NCBI RefSeq assembly: GCF_009914755.1
Contig: NC_060928.1
DNA length: 64,000 nt
Source: the human T2T-CHM13v2.0 reference genome, Homo sapiens
Reading direction: 5' to 3' (one strand)
Part shown: piece by piece, positions 45,197 to 60,441 of the stretch
Numbering within the stretch: position 1 is the first letter of the stretch
Layout of the letters: every line of letters starts with the position of its first letter
Translations under genes and position numbers: made by a program
The notes under the pieces: generated by a model
Seen by the model: only the letters and a program-made list of their open reading frames with translations
The model's database searches: none
What the model was told of the DNA's origin: nothing

Positions 45197-46879
45197 TTTT
45201 CTTAGCCCTCTGCCAACACTGAGACAGCAAGACCAACCCCAACTTTCTCTTTACAGCTGTAATGATATCTATTCAACCAGTTTCTGCTTACCAATATTAA
45301 GCTTTTTCTCCTTAACCTTTTGCTATTACTAACTACACTGCAATGAACAACCTTGAACACATCCCTTTTTGCACATGTGAGCATGTATTACTCGAAATTC
45401 AGTTCTGAAAACAGAGACTGCTCCATTTTAAGGATGCAGGGATTTAATGTGGGCAATTTTGTACTCACAAGTCATTAGAGGGTTGTTGGCCTAGCTGGAA
45501 AAATGAGTTCTTTGAAGGAGTCCCCAGAAAGACCTCAGAATTGACAGGCCATCAGAACTCTTCTGTACCTTTGTGGCTCCCCCTGCAATATTAAGTTCAA
45601 ATTCAAAAACACATTCCATACCTCTGATTCAAGAATCAGAAAGCCAAGGTCAAGAAAAAATTTTCTCCTTTGAAATTGTTCCTTCTTAGCTAGGGCCCTG
45701 GGGAATGGATGGTGGGATGCTGCTGCAGAAAAAGACCTCACACATTTTTGAACTTGTTGGCCATCAGAAAATAGTCAAAAGAGACAAAAAGATGGCTTCA
45801 TCCACACTTCTGCCCTCTAAATCTTACTTCACTACATATAATTGATGGAACCTAACTTGCTTTTAGAACGCTAATTACATAGCAGTCTGAGAAATATTGA
45901 CTTTAGTTTTCTGGAGTCTGCAGTAGTATAAGAAGGTACTCTAGATAAAGGCTGGAATCAATGGTGAGTCGGTCTAACAGAGAATATAGCATCAATTTAA
46001 TTGATAATATTATTCTAAAGAATTAAGAAAAGCTCTCACAGAAACATTATAGTTTTCTCTGTGACTAATTAAAAGAATTATTTTTATTGATAGTTGATAT
46101 TTGACCACATCAGATCAGAGCAAGACTTCCCTCCCATAAATACATTGTGTTTAGTCAAAGAACATGGTCCCAAAGTAGCAGAAAGAATTAACTCTGGAGC
46201 AAACAGGCTGAAGCACTCACACATACACATATAGCTCAAACCATAGTGATTCACTCAGGAAAGTGAAGTTGAAGTGGGATTCGTGTGTGATATTAAAGCC
46301 TACATGCTCCAAGTAGGGGGAAACAGTGGAGAAGAAAGAAGGCGATCCTGAAAGCCTAGCTGATTGATAAAATATTCAGTTGTTGGAAGTAATAAGGCTA
46401 ATGGGAATTTTCTTGCACAGTTGTTGAACCACTGTAATGTGCAGAAGTTAGGATGCAGTGCAAGTGAAAGGGCGTTATTAGTAATTGTTTGGAGTAGTAA
46501 GATAATGGTCCATAATGTTGGTAACCAGTAAAAATACAGAAATAAAGCACAGTGGCAGCTGTTACAGATTTGTAGTAATGAAAATCTGCGTGATGATGCC
46601 GATGTTAAACTTCCATGGTTAAGAGGGAGCACATTTTTACTCACTGCTTGCATGTAGAAGACAATGAAGTGCTGTATAAGCAGGAGCACATAATAGGGAT
46701 TCCTGGAAAGAATATATGTTAATAAATTTGTTTCTTAGAGGAGACTAATTATAAGTAACAATATTATGACTTTAATGGAGAACCAGCATTCCTTGGACTA
46801 TAAATTCAACTGTAGTCCATTTTTTTCTGAGGAATTCTTAGAAGGGCTAAGTGCAAAACCTAAGCTAGCTTTTATCTAA

Positions 46880-47720
46880 GGCCTGGCAACTACATTCTTT
46901 CATTTGCTTGGGCAAAATGCTTGGGGTTGTCTTTGACTTTTGCTCTCTGAATGCGCATTCAACCATTATAAAATCCTGTTGACTCTACCTTCAGAATTGA
47001 TGCAGAACCTGACTGCTTCTCACTACTTCCACTGCAACCACTATGTGGCCACCCACCATCAGTTATTGACTGATTTTTTCAGCTATTCCTCTGCTTCTTC
47101 ACTTGCTCCCCATGTCTATTTTCAACACAACATCCACAGCAATCTTAAAAATCAGGTCACCCTTTGCTCAAAATTCTGCAATGTTTCCTTATTTTGCTTA
47201 CAGAAAAAGCTAAAGTCTGTGCCTCTGCCTGAAGAGCCTGGAAGGCCCTATGTGACCTGCTTGCTCACCATCACCAGCTTTCCCCTCCTCCTTGTCTCCC
47301 TGCCCCACCCTTTCGTCCACCCACCCACCCGCATCATCTTCCTTGTTCCTTCAACTGGCAGGCAAGATCCAACACTAATGTCCTTGCACTAGCTCTTCTC
47401 TTGCCAGAATCCTACATTACTGCCTCATCTCTTAAGCATTTGTCAAATGTGCTTTAAAAAAATATTAACCTGGCTGCCTTATTTAAAGTGCAACCTACCC
47501 CACCACACATAATTTCTTATCCCCTTTATCATTTCCTTTATTCCTTTTATGACAATTTTAGTTTCTAAGTTGCTGTATAATATTCTTATGTATTGTTTTC
47601 ATGGTTTATTGCATTTGTCTTCTGCTAGGTAAGTAACTTTAACTGTTTTGTTCATTAATGTATCCTAAATCCTTTAGTACCAGGCCTGGCACAGAATGGG
47701 TGCCCAATACATCCATTTAA
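46880..47720 (+). mobile_element. L2 3' portion
   Basis: AAATCCTGTTGACTCTACCTTCAG...GCCTGGCACAGAATGGGTGCCCAATA L2 3' motifs. Confidence 0.8.
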
Positions 47721-47909
47721 GTTTTTGTTGGAAAGATAGCCTCTCTGCACTGAGAGCAGATTTGGCAGGTGCTCTAATAGTTCATATAAGGCTATAACAT
47801 TATTTGAGTGAACAGAAACTCAACCAATGGGTTCCTTTAGCTAGTCCACCCATAACATCTCCCGATTCCCACACTACCAGTGCTTGTTTGTCACAGTTCA
47901 GCAGGAAGG

Positions 47910-48110
47910 AGTATGATACAATGACAATGGTTTGGAGTCTAACACTCTCCAGATTTTAACTCTACTAGCTACTGACTAAATGGCCTGAAGGAAATTAGCC
48001 TTTTTTACACATCATTTTTCTCATCTATGAAATGAAGGTTCTATTAATCGGGTCTCATAAAGTGGTTGTGAAAATTAAATGAGACAGTGCAGGTAAAATG
48101 TTGAGCATTC
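47910..48110 (+). mobile_element. MIR
   Basis: TTTTCTCATCTATGAAATG...GTTGTGAAAATTAAATGAGA core. Confidence 0.8.
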
Positions 48111-50569
48111 AGTACATTACTTTATGTAAATGTAATTATAAAGCACTTGAGACAATGCATTTAGGATGTCATTCATTACTCTATAATTTTAGTTGTGGTT
48201 TTAATTTGCTTAGTAAACTTCCCTTTATTAGGCAGTAGAAAGATAAACTTTATCCAAGCTCAAATCTGAATTATCAATAACTCTAATACTAGTATATGAA
48301 TTATTTTATTGTATTGTGAACTCTTAGAAGTAAAATCCATATTCAAGTGAAAGTATAAAACATAATATGATTACATATGAATGAATTTGGATAATCTATT
48401 CAGCTTTTCTACATTATTAAGATATGACTTAACTATACTTCTAACTGAATCACATTTTCTTAAATATTATTATAGATAGATAATGAGCTTTTTATGGTTT
48501 CAGCTTTCAAACACGAATTTATTATTTGGCATTTCTATTTTTAACAAAGTTTTTCTCTTAGGCCATCTGGATTATGCTAGTTTAATTTTTAAATTTTGAC
48601 ATTTTCAATTAGCTTCAATTTGTCAGTTACACATCTGAATTAAATAGTTGTCTAAATTTTAATCATCTTTGGGAATAAATCTTAGCATAATTGATTAGCA
48701 ATTCTTGATATTGCAGTTTTTTAAAGAATATTCTGTCATTAAATGTGAGTTTCAAACCCATTGGAAATGGTCTCTTTTGTTACATAAATCTGGCTTTCAA
48801 TTTTTGAACCCATTACCTTAATGTTCAATGCTATTCCCCATTCTGAAAACTCATTTTGTGTGTGGGTACTTGAAATGTTCAGAGATATTATCAAGAACAT
48901 GACCAATAAGCCATAAAACTGCTCAACTCATTACTAGTACACTTTATTTGTTACTTGGAAAATTTCATTTCAGATTACTTTGGAAGAGAGAGTGAATATA
49001 TATGTAGCAGTTCTCTCAGTGTAAGAATGTATTTTCCCATGCACAATTTATTTGGAGTTGCACTCTAGCTGTTAGGTAAGTATGAAACTAAGGCCATTGT
49101 GTTTAGAAAATGTATTACAGGAATCTGAGCTTTCAGTGGAATCAGATAAGCTGGAGAAATGTGCCTAGGAGCTAAGTGTTCCTTTCATTCTCCTGACTTG
49201 CAGTCCACCTTAGGGTAAGACATTCCCATCTACAGCAAATTCACCAGCATTGGAACAGCATGGAAAAACACCCAAGAGCAGCCTTCTGCAAACTGGCTTT
49301 CCTAAAAGGGATATACTAAATCTCTCTTCCAAGACTGAAGGAATTAAGCCAAAACCAAGAACTTAAATTAAGGGTAACCAGGGTGATTTCAATCAGAATT
49401 TCAACTTTTCATCATCTTTTGATACCTGTAGTGAATTTTGAATCAGTTAGAAGAGATTGTAGTCAAAGTCTTCTATGTAAAAAACTTCTTTAAACTTGTC
49501 AATCAAAGACAAAACAGGCACATGGCAGAGTACTGCTCTATGAACTTCTGTTGGCTAGAAAGGAAGGGCCTGTCTCTTAATCTTTAGAAGGCTTCAGATA
49601 ATTACTGAAATAGATTTCAGGTACACTTCAGAGGACATTTACTTTTCACCTCTGCCGATAAGTGGCATGATGGTACAGCCTATTTTTCTTTGGTTTTCAG
49701 TGGGATTAAAAGCTCACCTTGAATGTTTCAAAACCTTGTAAGAAGGTGCTTTGGAGCAGGTTGTAAGATATATGAGTATATAGCAAAGCTTAGTTTGTTG
49801 TCTTTTATAAACACTTTAAAGATCTTTGGATTAAAGGAATAATCTGTGGAGAACATTTTTAGTTGCTAAAATAAAGTGTGTGTTCATAGCTGGATAGTCT
49901 TTATCTTTATTTTAGGCCATAACTACTCTTTGTGTTGAATAAGAGGAAGGCAAAAGATGAATGTGGAGATGTTCCCTTCCTGGAAAGCAAGTGTTGAGGG
50001 TAAAAGCAGTTTCTAGAAATGAATAAGTTAAGGTGGAATCAGCAAGAATAATTTAGCCCTAAGCAAATGACAGTCGTCATTGTTAACTGTGAATTCACAG
50101 GGCCCATGCGAATAGGATATGGCTGTTAATCATGATTGAAGAGGTCACAGATTTGGATGGTAAAAAAACCCAGCCTATAATGTCCAGAAAAAGGAAACAA
50201 AATAGTTTTTTTCTGCAGGGAAGTTTCACCATGATACATAGGAAGTAGCAACACTTCCAAGTGCTTCCTAACGTGAGAACTATTCTCAGGTTTTACTTCT
50301 ATCAGTAAGTTATTCTTCCTGACAAAATGGGTGGAATGCCATCTTTTCCCTCACTGTAACACATAATAACATAGCAGAAAAGACATAGGAAACAAGATTT
50401 TCAGTTCACAGTGGTAAGAGAAACACAAAAGTGCAACTTCAAAGTGAAAACAAAGAGAAAAAGCATTTCCCAGTAATAGGTTGCTTGTTTGCTTGGAAGA
50501 AGGGGGCAGAATATAAGGGCTAAGAATGATAGGTCAATTAAAAAGAAAATGAAACTTAAAAAGAACATT

Positions 50570-50765
50570 GACTTTAGGAACAGTCAGACTTGTGTTTTCA
50601 TGTTTTCATTCCAACTTGTGAATATAGGCAGGACCCCTAAGCCTCCATTTTGTCATATATAGATTGGAAATAATAAAAAGATAATAAACTAACTCATATA
50701 GTTGTTGTGAGAGTCCAGTACTTAATGTAGTTAATGGAATGCTAGGCATGTAAGTGCTCAAGAGT
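50570..50765 (+). mobile_element. MIR
   Basis: AAGCCTCCATTTTGTCAT...GTTGTTGTGAGAG...TAAGTGCTCAA. Confidence 0.65.
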
Positions 50766-51769
50766 TTGCTACTGCTCTCATTCACCCCCAGAATACCATT
50801 GATAAAGGCTATACAGTTAAAGTATATTTGAGCAAATACATGTGTAGGACCTGAAAGAAAAAGCCTTTATATGAGAAAACAACATGTAAGTATCAATAAG
50901 TAAGAGAAAAGAAGTGTGTGGTAAACAAGAATGTCATCAGGTTTAGGAGGAAAAGCAATATGGACTGAACTGGAGACAGGCTTAAAAGTTGTCACAGTTT
51001 TCCTTAGAATTGATGTAAGATTTGTCTTTATTTGTGTCTATATTTATGACAAAGTTAATTGTAGAGTAACCTACAGATGATTAGTTCCAGTCATTACTAT
51101 ACATCTGTCTTAAATTAATAAACCTCTCAAGGTCTATAAGATCCATTTCCATTCTGTGTTTTTGTTTTTTTCTCCTGTATACTTGAGCAGTCTAGATTTT
51201 GGTGCCCAGAGAAAGGAAGAGCTAAAAAGTGACACTCCTTTATAGCAATTTTGCTTTAAGAAGCCTCTATTCTTTCTGTCTGTGTTAAATACCCATATCT
51301 ACATGTATTTGTCTTAACATGCTATATTTTTACATATGGCTAAATGTTATTGCAGACTCCTCATGAGCTTTCATTCAATACCATGAGTCTCCAACGAAGC
51401 AAAAGGAAAACACTTTCTTTCTCTGTTCAGCTCTCATTTTTCTAACCAGAGGAACTGTAGAAAGACATGTTGGATTTGTTTCTCTCTGATCACTTACTTT
51501 TTGGCTATAGAGCTCCTTTTAAGGGAGGCAATGTTCTTGGATCAGTCTGATTTGGTCAGGAAAGAGGAAGCCATTTTAGGTATATTAGCGGAAAGAAAAT
51601 TAATATAAAGAATTTCAGGCTTAGACAACCACTGGAAGAGCTGCAAAAGGAAAGATCAGAAAGGCCTCTTCCAAGAAATCTGGAAGTGTGAGGATTTCAT
51701 GGAAGCCACCAATAATGATTTTAGTTGCCAGCAGAGCTGAAATAGGAGCACAGGAGAATTTCCACAATA

Positions 51770-52217
51770 GGAGTGAGCCAGACCCCATCTCTTTTCCTCT
51801 CCAGATCTTGTCTTTACCTTCTCCTTCCCTGCCTTCTATCCCAGGAGGCTGACTGTATGGACTAAATGGGTGGCCCACCTTGTCCTCTAGCTTCCTGTTG
51901 AGTTTGGCCAGTGGGGAGCACCAACAGGAGATGAGAAGTTGTGGTTAGAGCAGTTATTCTCCTGCCTTACTCTCTTCAAGGTCACTTCAGGAAGGCTGTG
52001 TTCTTTGACTGTAGGTTCTCTCAGGTTAACCTCTTCTCCCAACATCTTCCTTCTTGGTATTGGTGACTGTTCCTTCCTCTTATCCTTTCAAGCCAACAGA
52101 TGATAACAGCTTTTACCAACCCCACCATTCTGCAGTACACTTTGGAGTTCCACTACATCCTGCAAGATCTTTGTATTGTAAATGCTCCAAGTTCCTGTTG
52201 GGAACTGGACTGATATA
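51770..52217 (+). mobile_element. ERV-L LTR (LTR33/LTR41-like), 5' LTR of second relic
   Basis: CTTCCTGTTGAGTTTGGCCAGTGGGGAGCACCAACAGGAGAT motif; ends GGACTGATATA, followed by internal start TTTGTACC. Confidence 0.75.
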
Positions 52218-54830
52218 ATCATTTGTACCATGAGCTTCCCTAAGAAATGCACCTTTAAGATGGGTGACTGGAATTGGGTGGTTTATTTTTAAAGGAACTC
52301 AGGGATAACCTCTTTGCCAGGATGAAAGGGACATGTGTAATACACGGTGTGTGCTGGAATCTGCTCACATGATCATGCCTGATAGCATAAGATAAAGTAG
52401 AGGTGAGGGGCAAGACCTGACTGGAGTAGCTGAGGAATTGAGTTATTTTGTAAATAATAAATAAAAATACAAGAGCTATGGAATCAGTTGTTTATCAATT
52501 TGGGCAGCAGAGAGCATAAACAGAAATTAAGAGCCATAAACATATAATTAAGAATACTTGTGGGAGATTGGAACCTCTCCTGAGGTTGCATATCTAGAAG
52601 CGTAAATGTAAGGACTGCAGAGTTGTAGCTCCAGTTAAATGTTCAGTCCTGCCAGATCTCTCATTTAAAAGGAAGGACACAGGGAAATAAGTGGAATCTT
52701 GAGATTTGGGTCGGGGCCATTTGGGAAAATTGTGGACTGACATTGAAATCTTTGATCTCCAACTACCTGTAAAATCCCCTTGTTGGTGAGGGAGCCTTGT
52801 CCCTCTATCAGCCCTCCTTTAGTTAAAGTATTCAGTTATTACATGACAGGCAATTGTCTCAGGAGCTGATGAAGATCTTTTGAACATCCACCCTGATTTC
52901 TTATTACCTTTGTGTCCTCATTAATTACATACCAACATAGCCATAAGAAGTTAAAATCTTGCTTTGCAAGGAGGGGGTCTTAAATCAATTGTCACAAGAT
53001 TTCAATATCTGTATTGTCAGGGGCATTGGTCATATGAGTAGGAGTATGTTTGAAAGATGATAAACCAAGAACAAGGAAATATGCTCAGTTGGGTCAAATC
53101 TTCATCAATAAAGGTAAATTCATAAGGTATTAGGATTTAATATGTGTGTTTAAGCCTCAGAGAGTCATCTAAATATTCCGATAGCTTGGGTCATTGAAGC
53201 CTGGGATGGAAAGATAACCAAGTTAATAAGATAAAGTGCTAGAACTTTCCTGGCACCATACAGGAAGGAATCTGAAGACTTAGCTATATAGGAATGTTAG
53301 ATGAATATATTACACAAAATCTATGAAATATCTCTCAGTCATAAAATTCTAAGATGTTTAGAATTGTGACCTATGAACTTACCCTGATTTCTGGAGACCT
53401 GAAACATTACCATGGTTTTCTGGTCAGAATGAGAGCTTATGATTGTCAGGTGATAATGAAGTCTTGGCTCATTTCCAGGTAAAATAAGTCCTGTAATTAC
53501 TGTATTTCTCAAGTCTTAGAATGTATAGAGAAAACAGATACACTTTGAAACTATTAGAACCCCTGATCCATGGGATGAAGGCTAAATGGCAGGAAGGACT
53601 AAACATAAGTCCTGACACTGATTCTTCTAACAAAGATAATAAACCCAAAGCATAACCTTATCTTTCGTGTAATTGCCAAGATTCATGTCACCATCAAATA
53701 TTTAACTGATACAGTGATACTGATTCCCACTACATCCTTATTTAAACTTTCCCATTTGGCTAGTGCCAAAGCCAGATGGGTTGTAGAAAATGAAGGGTAA
53801 TTATCCCAAACTTATTCAGTGATGATGCCAATTGCAGCTGCAGTTCCAGATGTGCTACTTATACTAGAGCAAATAAGCACAGCTTCTTGTAGTGATTGAT
53901 CTGCAATCTTTATTTTTTTTTTTCATTTCAATCAGTGAGGAAAATCAGAAGCAATTTTCATTCAATGGCAGGGATAACAGTATATTTTTATTATGTTGAG
54001 CTCCTACTCTATGTTGAATGATGTTGACCCTCCTACTCTCTAGCATCTCTATCATCTGAAGGGACCTTGATGATCTTAATATCCCATAGAATGTCATGCT
54101 GATCTGTAACATTGATAGTAGTATGCCACTTAAAATTGCTGAACAAGATGTAGCAAGTGCTCTGAATGCATTAGTAAGACATATTTGAACCAGAATGTGG
54201 AAGAAATTTCAGAGGCTTGTCACATTATCTCTTTCTAGGGGTCCATGATTTGTGTTCTATTTAGCTTTTCCATCTAAAGAGAAGAAGTGGTATTTTGCTG
54301 TTCATCATAAAAAGAAAATGCTTGATGAGCTTCTGTAGATTTTGGAGAAGATATATAGCTCAACAATATGTTCCTCAACTCACCAAGGCTGAGCTGCTGC
54401 TTATTCTTCTGTGTTGCCCATCTGTCGAAAGCAGAGGCCAATGCTGAGTCTTCAATATGGCATTATTCCTCAGTGGGGACAGCCAGCAAAATGGTGGCTA
54501 TCTGATTATATTGGACCACTTCCATCATCAAGGGGTCATGCTTTGTATCACATGAATAGATTAATATTCTGGGATGAATTTGCCTTCTCTGTCAGCAGCA
54601 GCATGTGTGTACTCATGGAAAGCCTTATCTATCAATATCACCTCCAATTAGACGGCTGCTTTTAGGTTAAAGAATATACATTAATAAGCCTACGCCTCAA
54701 AATTATTCCATACTACATTATCCAAAAGCAGTTGACTTGATAGTGTAATAAAATGGCCTTCCATAGGCTCAGTTACATTGCTCACTAGTACATAACTCCT
54801 TTCAAGATTGGGCTTTTATTCTACACATTG
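52218..54830 (+). pseudogene. Decayed ERV-L internal region (gag, pro, RT, integrase)
   Basis: AAGCCAGATGGG (KPDG) and ATTGCAGCTGCAGTTCCAGATGTG (IAAAVPDV) RT motifs at 53769-53854; ORF 54411..54665 PICRKQRPMLSLQYGIIPQWGQPAKWWLSDYIGPLPSSRG integrase. Confidence 0.85.
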
Positions 54831-55823
54831 CAATACCCCCCCAATGCATACATATACATATTTGTGTGTATATGTATTGTGTATATGTATTTGTATATAT
54901 GTGTGTGAGTATATTTGTATTCTCATAGTTAGAATGTATAGATCTGGAAACCAATGGGTAAAAGTACATTCATCTTTCAAGATTGTTTATTTTTGAAAAA
55001 AATGACTAATAAGCACCTTAATCATTGAGTTATGATTAAATAAATCCATTGAATTTAATTAGCATAATACCATCAATGTCACAGATCAGCATGACATTCT
55101 ATGGGATATTAAAATGATCAAGATCCCTCCAGATGACAGAGATGCTAGAGAGTAGGAGGGTCAACATAATTCATCTGTAGGTTTTAAAGAATTTTGCCTG
55201 TTTTTTTTATCAGCTCTTGATGGAGTGGAATCTAGGATTGGAAGTTATTCTCAAATTTCTAAGATAGGGCTGGTATTCATTCAAAAGGAGATAACTTGTA
55301 GATATTAGGGAGGATTGATTTGTTGTCATCAAGGCTATCGATAGTACCTTAGTCTTGATAGTTTGAGGTTTCTGAGAGCTTTGTTAATTATAGTTTTAAA
55401 ATCCCTTGGCTCTCTTCATCTTTCCTGAAGTTTGGTATGATAAAGATAGTGGAAATTCCAAGTAATGATCATTTACAGAGTTCTTAAATAACAGAAATGA
55501 TGAAATGTGTGTCCCTATTACTGGAGAGATAAGTTGGAATTCCTGAAGTGTAAAATCATGCTTTCTTTTTCCTACCTTTACAGTGAAAGCTTACATCAAG
55601 GTAAAGCCTCAAACTATCTGAAGAATAAAAACAATAATTATAACTCACTAATAGCTTATTCGAAGGTGTTCGAAGGAATCCTGAAACTCATGGTCTATTA
55701 TTTAGACATTTTAATCTCTTGTATTGTCAAATGTGATCCTCTCTATTGATGACAGATCCCTCAACTAGGCACTGGGTAGCATGTCCACCTCTATCACCCA
55801 CATACTTAATAAGCTTGCTCCAT

Positions 55824-56087
55824 GTCAGACGCCGTGGCTCACACCTGTAATCCAAGCACTTTGGGAGGCCAAGGTGGGCGGATCACCTGAGGTCTGGAGT
55901 TTGAGACCAGACTGGCCAACATGGTGAAACCCAGTCTCTACTAAAAATACAAAAATTAGCTGGGCATGGTGGCACGTGCCTGTAATTCCAGCTACTCAGG
56001 AGGCTGAGGCAGGAGAATCACTACTGCACTCCAGCCTGGGTGACAAGAGCAAGACTGTATCTCAAAAAAATAAAATAAAAATAAAAA
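55824..56087 (+). mobile_element. AluS with deletion in right arm
   Basis: GGAGAATCACT joined to ACTGCACTCC; TSD AATAAGCTTGCTCCA/AATAAGCTAGCTTCA. Confidence 0.95.
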
Positions 56088-58055
56088 ATAAGCTAGCTTC
56101 ATTGATTTTTCCACCCTTCTCCCACTACTTGACTCTCTCTCTTTCCTTTGGGCATACAAATGTGTTAGTCTCTCCCAAATATGAGGAACTTTCTCAGATG
56201 TTAAACCATCTCTAGATTTTTCTGTACCTCTCGCATTCCTTTAAAATGACACTTTTTGATTCTTCAGTGACCCCTCAAACCATGGCACTCTAGTTCCAGT
56301 CCTTATCACATCAAGCAAAAGTATCTTCAACAGTAATTATTTGTTTCTCAACACAAAGCTTACTCTACCAGCTTCAGATATGATATGATTACCTTTCTTC
56401 TCCTACAAAATTGCTGAATCCAATATTGCTCCTTGTAAAAAATGTCAGTAAAGGGCAAAATTATAAAACTTAGGCTATAAATTACAAAAACATGCTCCAG
56501 AATCTAACTGGGTCTGTTTCAAAGAAACCTGGTGGCTTTTCTTGATGTTGTTTTTTGTAAGCTAATCATTCACTATTCTACTTGACCTCTACCAGTTTAG
56601 GTGCAACAAGAAATATTTGCTATAATACACATTTTTTTATTTGGCTAGCTAAGAAGCAATTAATTCCTGTGTAATTAACCATAACTCTAAGTAATAAATG
56701 TAACTTTAATGATTTGTTGGGCATCCAGACAAAATTTGTATCATTTGTTATATCTGCCAGTTTCAAAATACCTTTTCCAATTGTCCTGTCTTACTGTATG
56801 CATCGAGAGAAGGTTGGCTATTCCTTCTAGAAGTTTCTCCAAAGTAGCCTAAGTTTGCCTCTTTGGGAAGGTTTTTGAATGTTATTTTCAGGGAAAGATG
56901 ATCTATGGTAGGTTGGTGATTTAAACATTGGAAAGTCTGGCAATTATCCTGAATACACAGGATAAGTTAGTGTGTGACAGGTCAAGGTAAGCTTGATGTC
57001 CACATTACCTAGTGGAACAACTAGCTGAAAAGTGCTAAGGGTATTTTGCCAATAGAAGAGATTTTATGGCAGGGGAATCCATTAAGCTTAGTGGGCACTT
57101 TACAACTAAATCAACCATGGATTTCACAAGTTTTTCTATTGCTGCTATAACTCTTAGACACGATGGATATGGCTTGGCTACTGAATTTAAAGTAAGACTG
57201 AAATAAGTAATAGATCTGTGATTACATACATACTATTGGCTCACACCCCTAATAATTTTTCAGACTTTAAATGAACAAAAAAGAAAAAGTTTTATGAACC
57301 TAGAGTCACGGAAGTAAATCCCATTAGTGACATTTATTGTACCCATATTTAAGGTGAAATAAAAATATGCTTTTTTAATTTGACAAGTTTTTCAATCATT
57401 AAAAGATCATTTATATTTACATATTTACTAGAAAGATAAACTCTTGATTTTTTCAAATTAAAAAATATGTGTTAAGTTTGGTAGACAAGAGCTTTCAGAA
57501 CTATTTCGAATTAAGTAAAATTTAGGAGCACTATTTCTATGCCCCTTTCTTTTATAAGGTAAAGGAGGAAATTTTGGGAAACTCATAATGTAGGCCTAAA
57601 AGATAATAGTTTTGTTTTACTGAATTTGGTACCGAAATTGAAAAGTTAAAACTTTCCCAATAAAATTGGGATAAAATTCATTTCAGACCTGCCATCTGAG
57701 AAAAAAACCTTAATATTTATATTTATAGAAGATATATGATTTGGATGACAAATTAAAGAAACTTGAGCTTCTTTGCTATTGCCTAAGGAGATTGCCCTAA
57801 TAAAAGTGGAACTTACAAAAAATGCTTCACGATATTAAGCACAATAGAAGAAATAAACTAACCTTTGTGGAGTTTATGAGGGACTGTTGAGGATGTTTCC
57901 AATTTACATGTTACCTGCTAATATAACATGACCTTGGGAAGCCCATAAAAGTAGGATATGGACAGGAACCTGAGCTTCTGAATTATCTTTTCAATTTGTC
58001 ACCAACAGAAACCTAAAGGTAAGTGTGATAGTTGATCCGAGAACTATGTAACTTA

Positions 58056-58361
<306 letters not shown>

Positions 58362-58432
58362 GTAGATGCCAAAATAAGGAATAATTTAATTAACTTACTT
58401 AATTTACATAACTAAATTATGTATGGTACTTT

Positions 58433-58942
58433 TGAGGCAGGAGACTGGGAGGACTTGTTTTCTGGTCACAACACTGCTGACCAAAACAGGATCTGGTCCA
58501 GACAGGGCAAAGTGAAGAAACCTGAAGGAACCAACAGATGGTGATGAGAGCTCTCCCTAGCTTCCCTCATTGCTCATTAGCATAAGACAGTCCCACTCAC
58601 ACTATGACAGTTGGAAAATGCCATGGAAGCAACCTGGAAGTAACTGCCCCTTTCCCATAAACTTCTAAACAACCTGCCTCTCAATTTACATTGACCTACC
58701 TCTTAATTTGTATGTGATTGAAAGTGGGTTTACATGAGTATAAAGGGCTCAGTGCCAAGCACCCATATCTTGCCGACTCCGGGAGCACCGCCTGTGAGTT
58801 ATCCCTGCCCTGTAAAGAGCAGTACCATTCGATAAAAGATTACAATCTAATACCACGGGCTTGCCCTTGAATTCTTTCCTGGGCAAAGCCAAGAACCCTC
58901 TCAGGCTAAGCCCAAGTTTTGGGACTAGTCTGCCTTGCATCA
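58433..58942 (+). mobile_element. MER41-family ERV1 solo LTR
   Basis: TGAGGCAGG...CATTAGCATAAGACAGTCCCAC...ATGCCATGG...GCCTTGCATCA. Confidence 0.85.
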
Positions 58943-59084
58943 ATCTGGTTCTGTCTGAAGCAAACAGTAGGTATCCACTCCCTGAATCCTTAGAAGTTTT
59001 GTATCCCTCCTTTACACTAGGCAAAGAAGTTGTGTGATTATGACTAGGTGTCTAGGTCACAGCTTTAGAGGGCTAGGGTTTAAC

Positions 59085-59590
59085 TAACATGTTATGGGCT
59101 GATAATTCTCAGACTACACACTCAGCACTCAGCCTTGATCTTCTCAAATGCTTGCTGCACATCTCCACCTGGATGCATCTGTGCAGATTTTTTATATTGT
59201 CCAGAAATAAATTCAAACCAAAGCATGCTTCTCAGCCTACATTTCGTCCAGCTTTCAGGAAAAATACCGTACATTCAGGTACCCCAAGCAAAAACATCTC
59301 AATTTTGTTCTTGAATTTTTCTCCTCCATAATATATATCCAATCACTTAAGTCCTCCTAAATCTTTCTTAGTTTGACGCCCACTGTTTTATCTATACACC
59401 AATACTTTTTAGCTTTGGTCCTTGGAATCTCTCACTTGCACTATTGCAAATCTTTGCTACTCCGAAACCTCAACTTTAATGTATATCTGTGACCATGTCC
59501 TTTTCCTTCATCACACTGTAAATTTTGTATGCAGGCAACTAATAAAGTGCATGGTACATGGTGAGCACCCAATAAACGTTTGTCAAACAG
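59085..59590 (+). mobile_element. L2 fragments
   Basis: CATCTCCACCTGGATG and TGGTACATGGTGAGCACCCAATAAACGTTTG motifs. Confidence 0.6.
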
Positions 59591-60441
59591 AATTGAGGAC
59601 AAATGGGTGGTCTCTAGCTAAGGAGACTTAGAGCTACCATCACAGATGAAAACTCATCTTGCTAGACTGACCCCAGTCAGCCTTATTTTCAGCCTTATTT
59701 CTCACTCTTCTCATAACTGATTCTAATTGTACTTGTGCCCCAGAAATTCCCACGATAGCATATATTACCACCCAGCATAGCAGAATAGAATAATTACTGT
59801 ACTTGTTTTAGAGTAAAACACACCTGGAATGCCAGCCCACTTCAGCCAATTACTATCTTTATGTGCTTGAGAAAACTCTGCAAACCAATTTAATGGGTAA
59901 AATAATAACCATCTCCTTCATAGTGTGAATGTGAAAATTGAGATTTTATATATATATAATTATTGACAAAATTACTGTTTCACAAACTTTAACTATTATT
60001 GCTCCATACTAGATGGCCCTGCCCTACCTGCTCCTCTTTGTTTCTCTGAATCCTGTGTAATCTTCCTATTCTTCATGGAAAGTTCATTCCCACCTTTATA
60101 ATGCAATCTTCCCTGTTGGAAATTATTTTTTTGTCCTTTGCTCTGTTAGGAATTGCTTTAATAATGATATTAGCTACTTAATGTTTTAAGGACACTTTAT
60201 ATATAATTTTATTTAAAGAAGTAGAAATTAACTGTATTTGACAAACAAGAAAACTGAGAATACAGCAAAGTTGATTGCCCAAAGTCACATAAAAAGGAAA
60301 GAGCAAAATGATGATTTGAATTCATGAATATCCACTCACAGCCAATGTTACATGCTTTTTCAAAACCAAATGGACTTCATCACCTGAAACCATTCTGTTT
60401 ATTTTATACTCATGTATTCTATTGCATTGTTGATTATCAAG

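Noticed and set aside
46300-47392. 129-aa and 150-aa ORFs
   Set aside because: Non-ATG starts and no recognisable domain; the second lies in a decayed L2.
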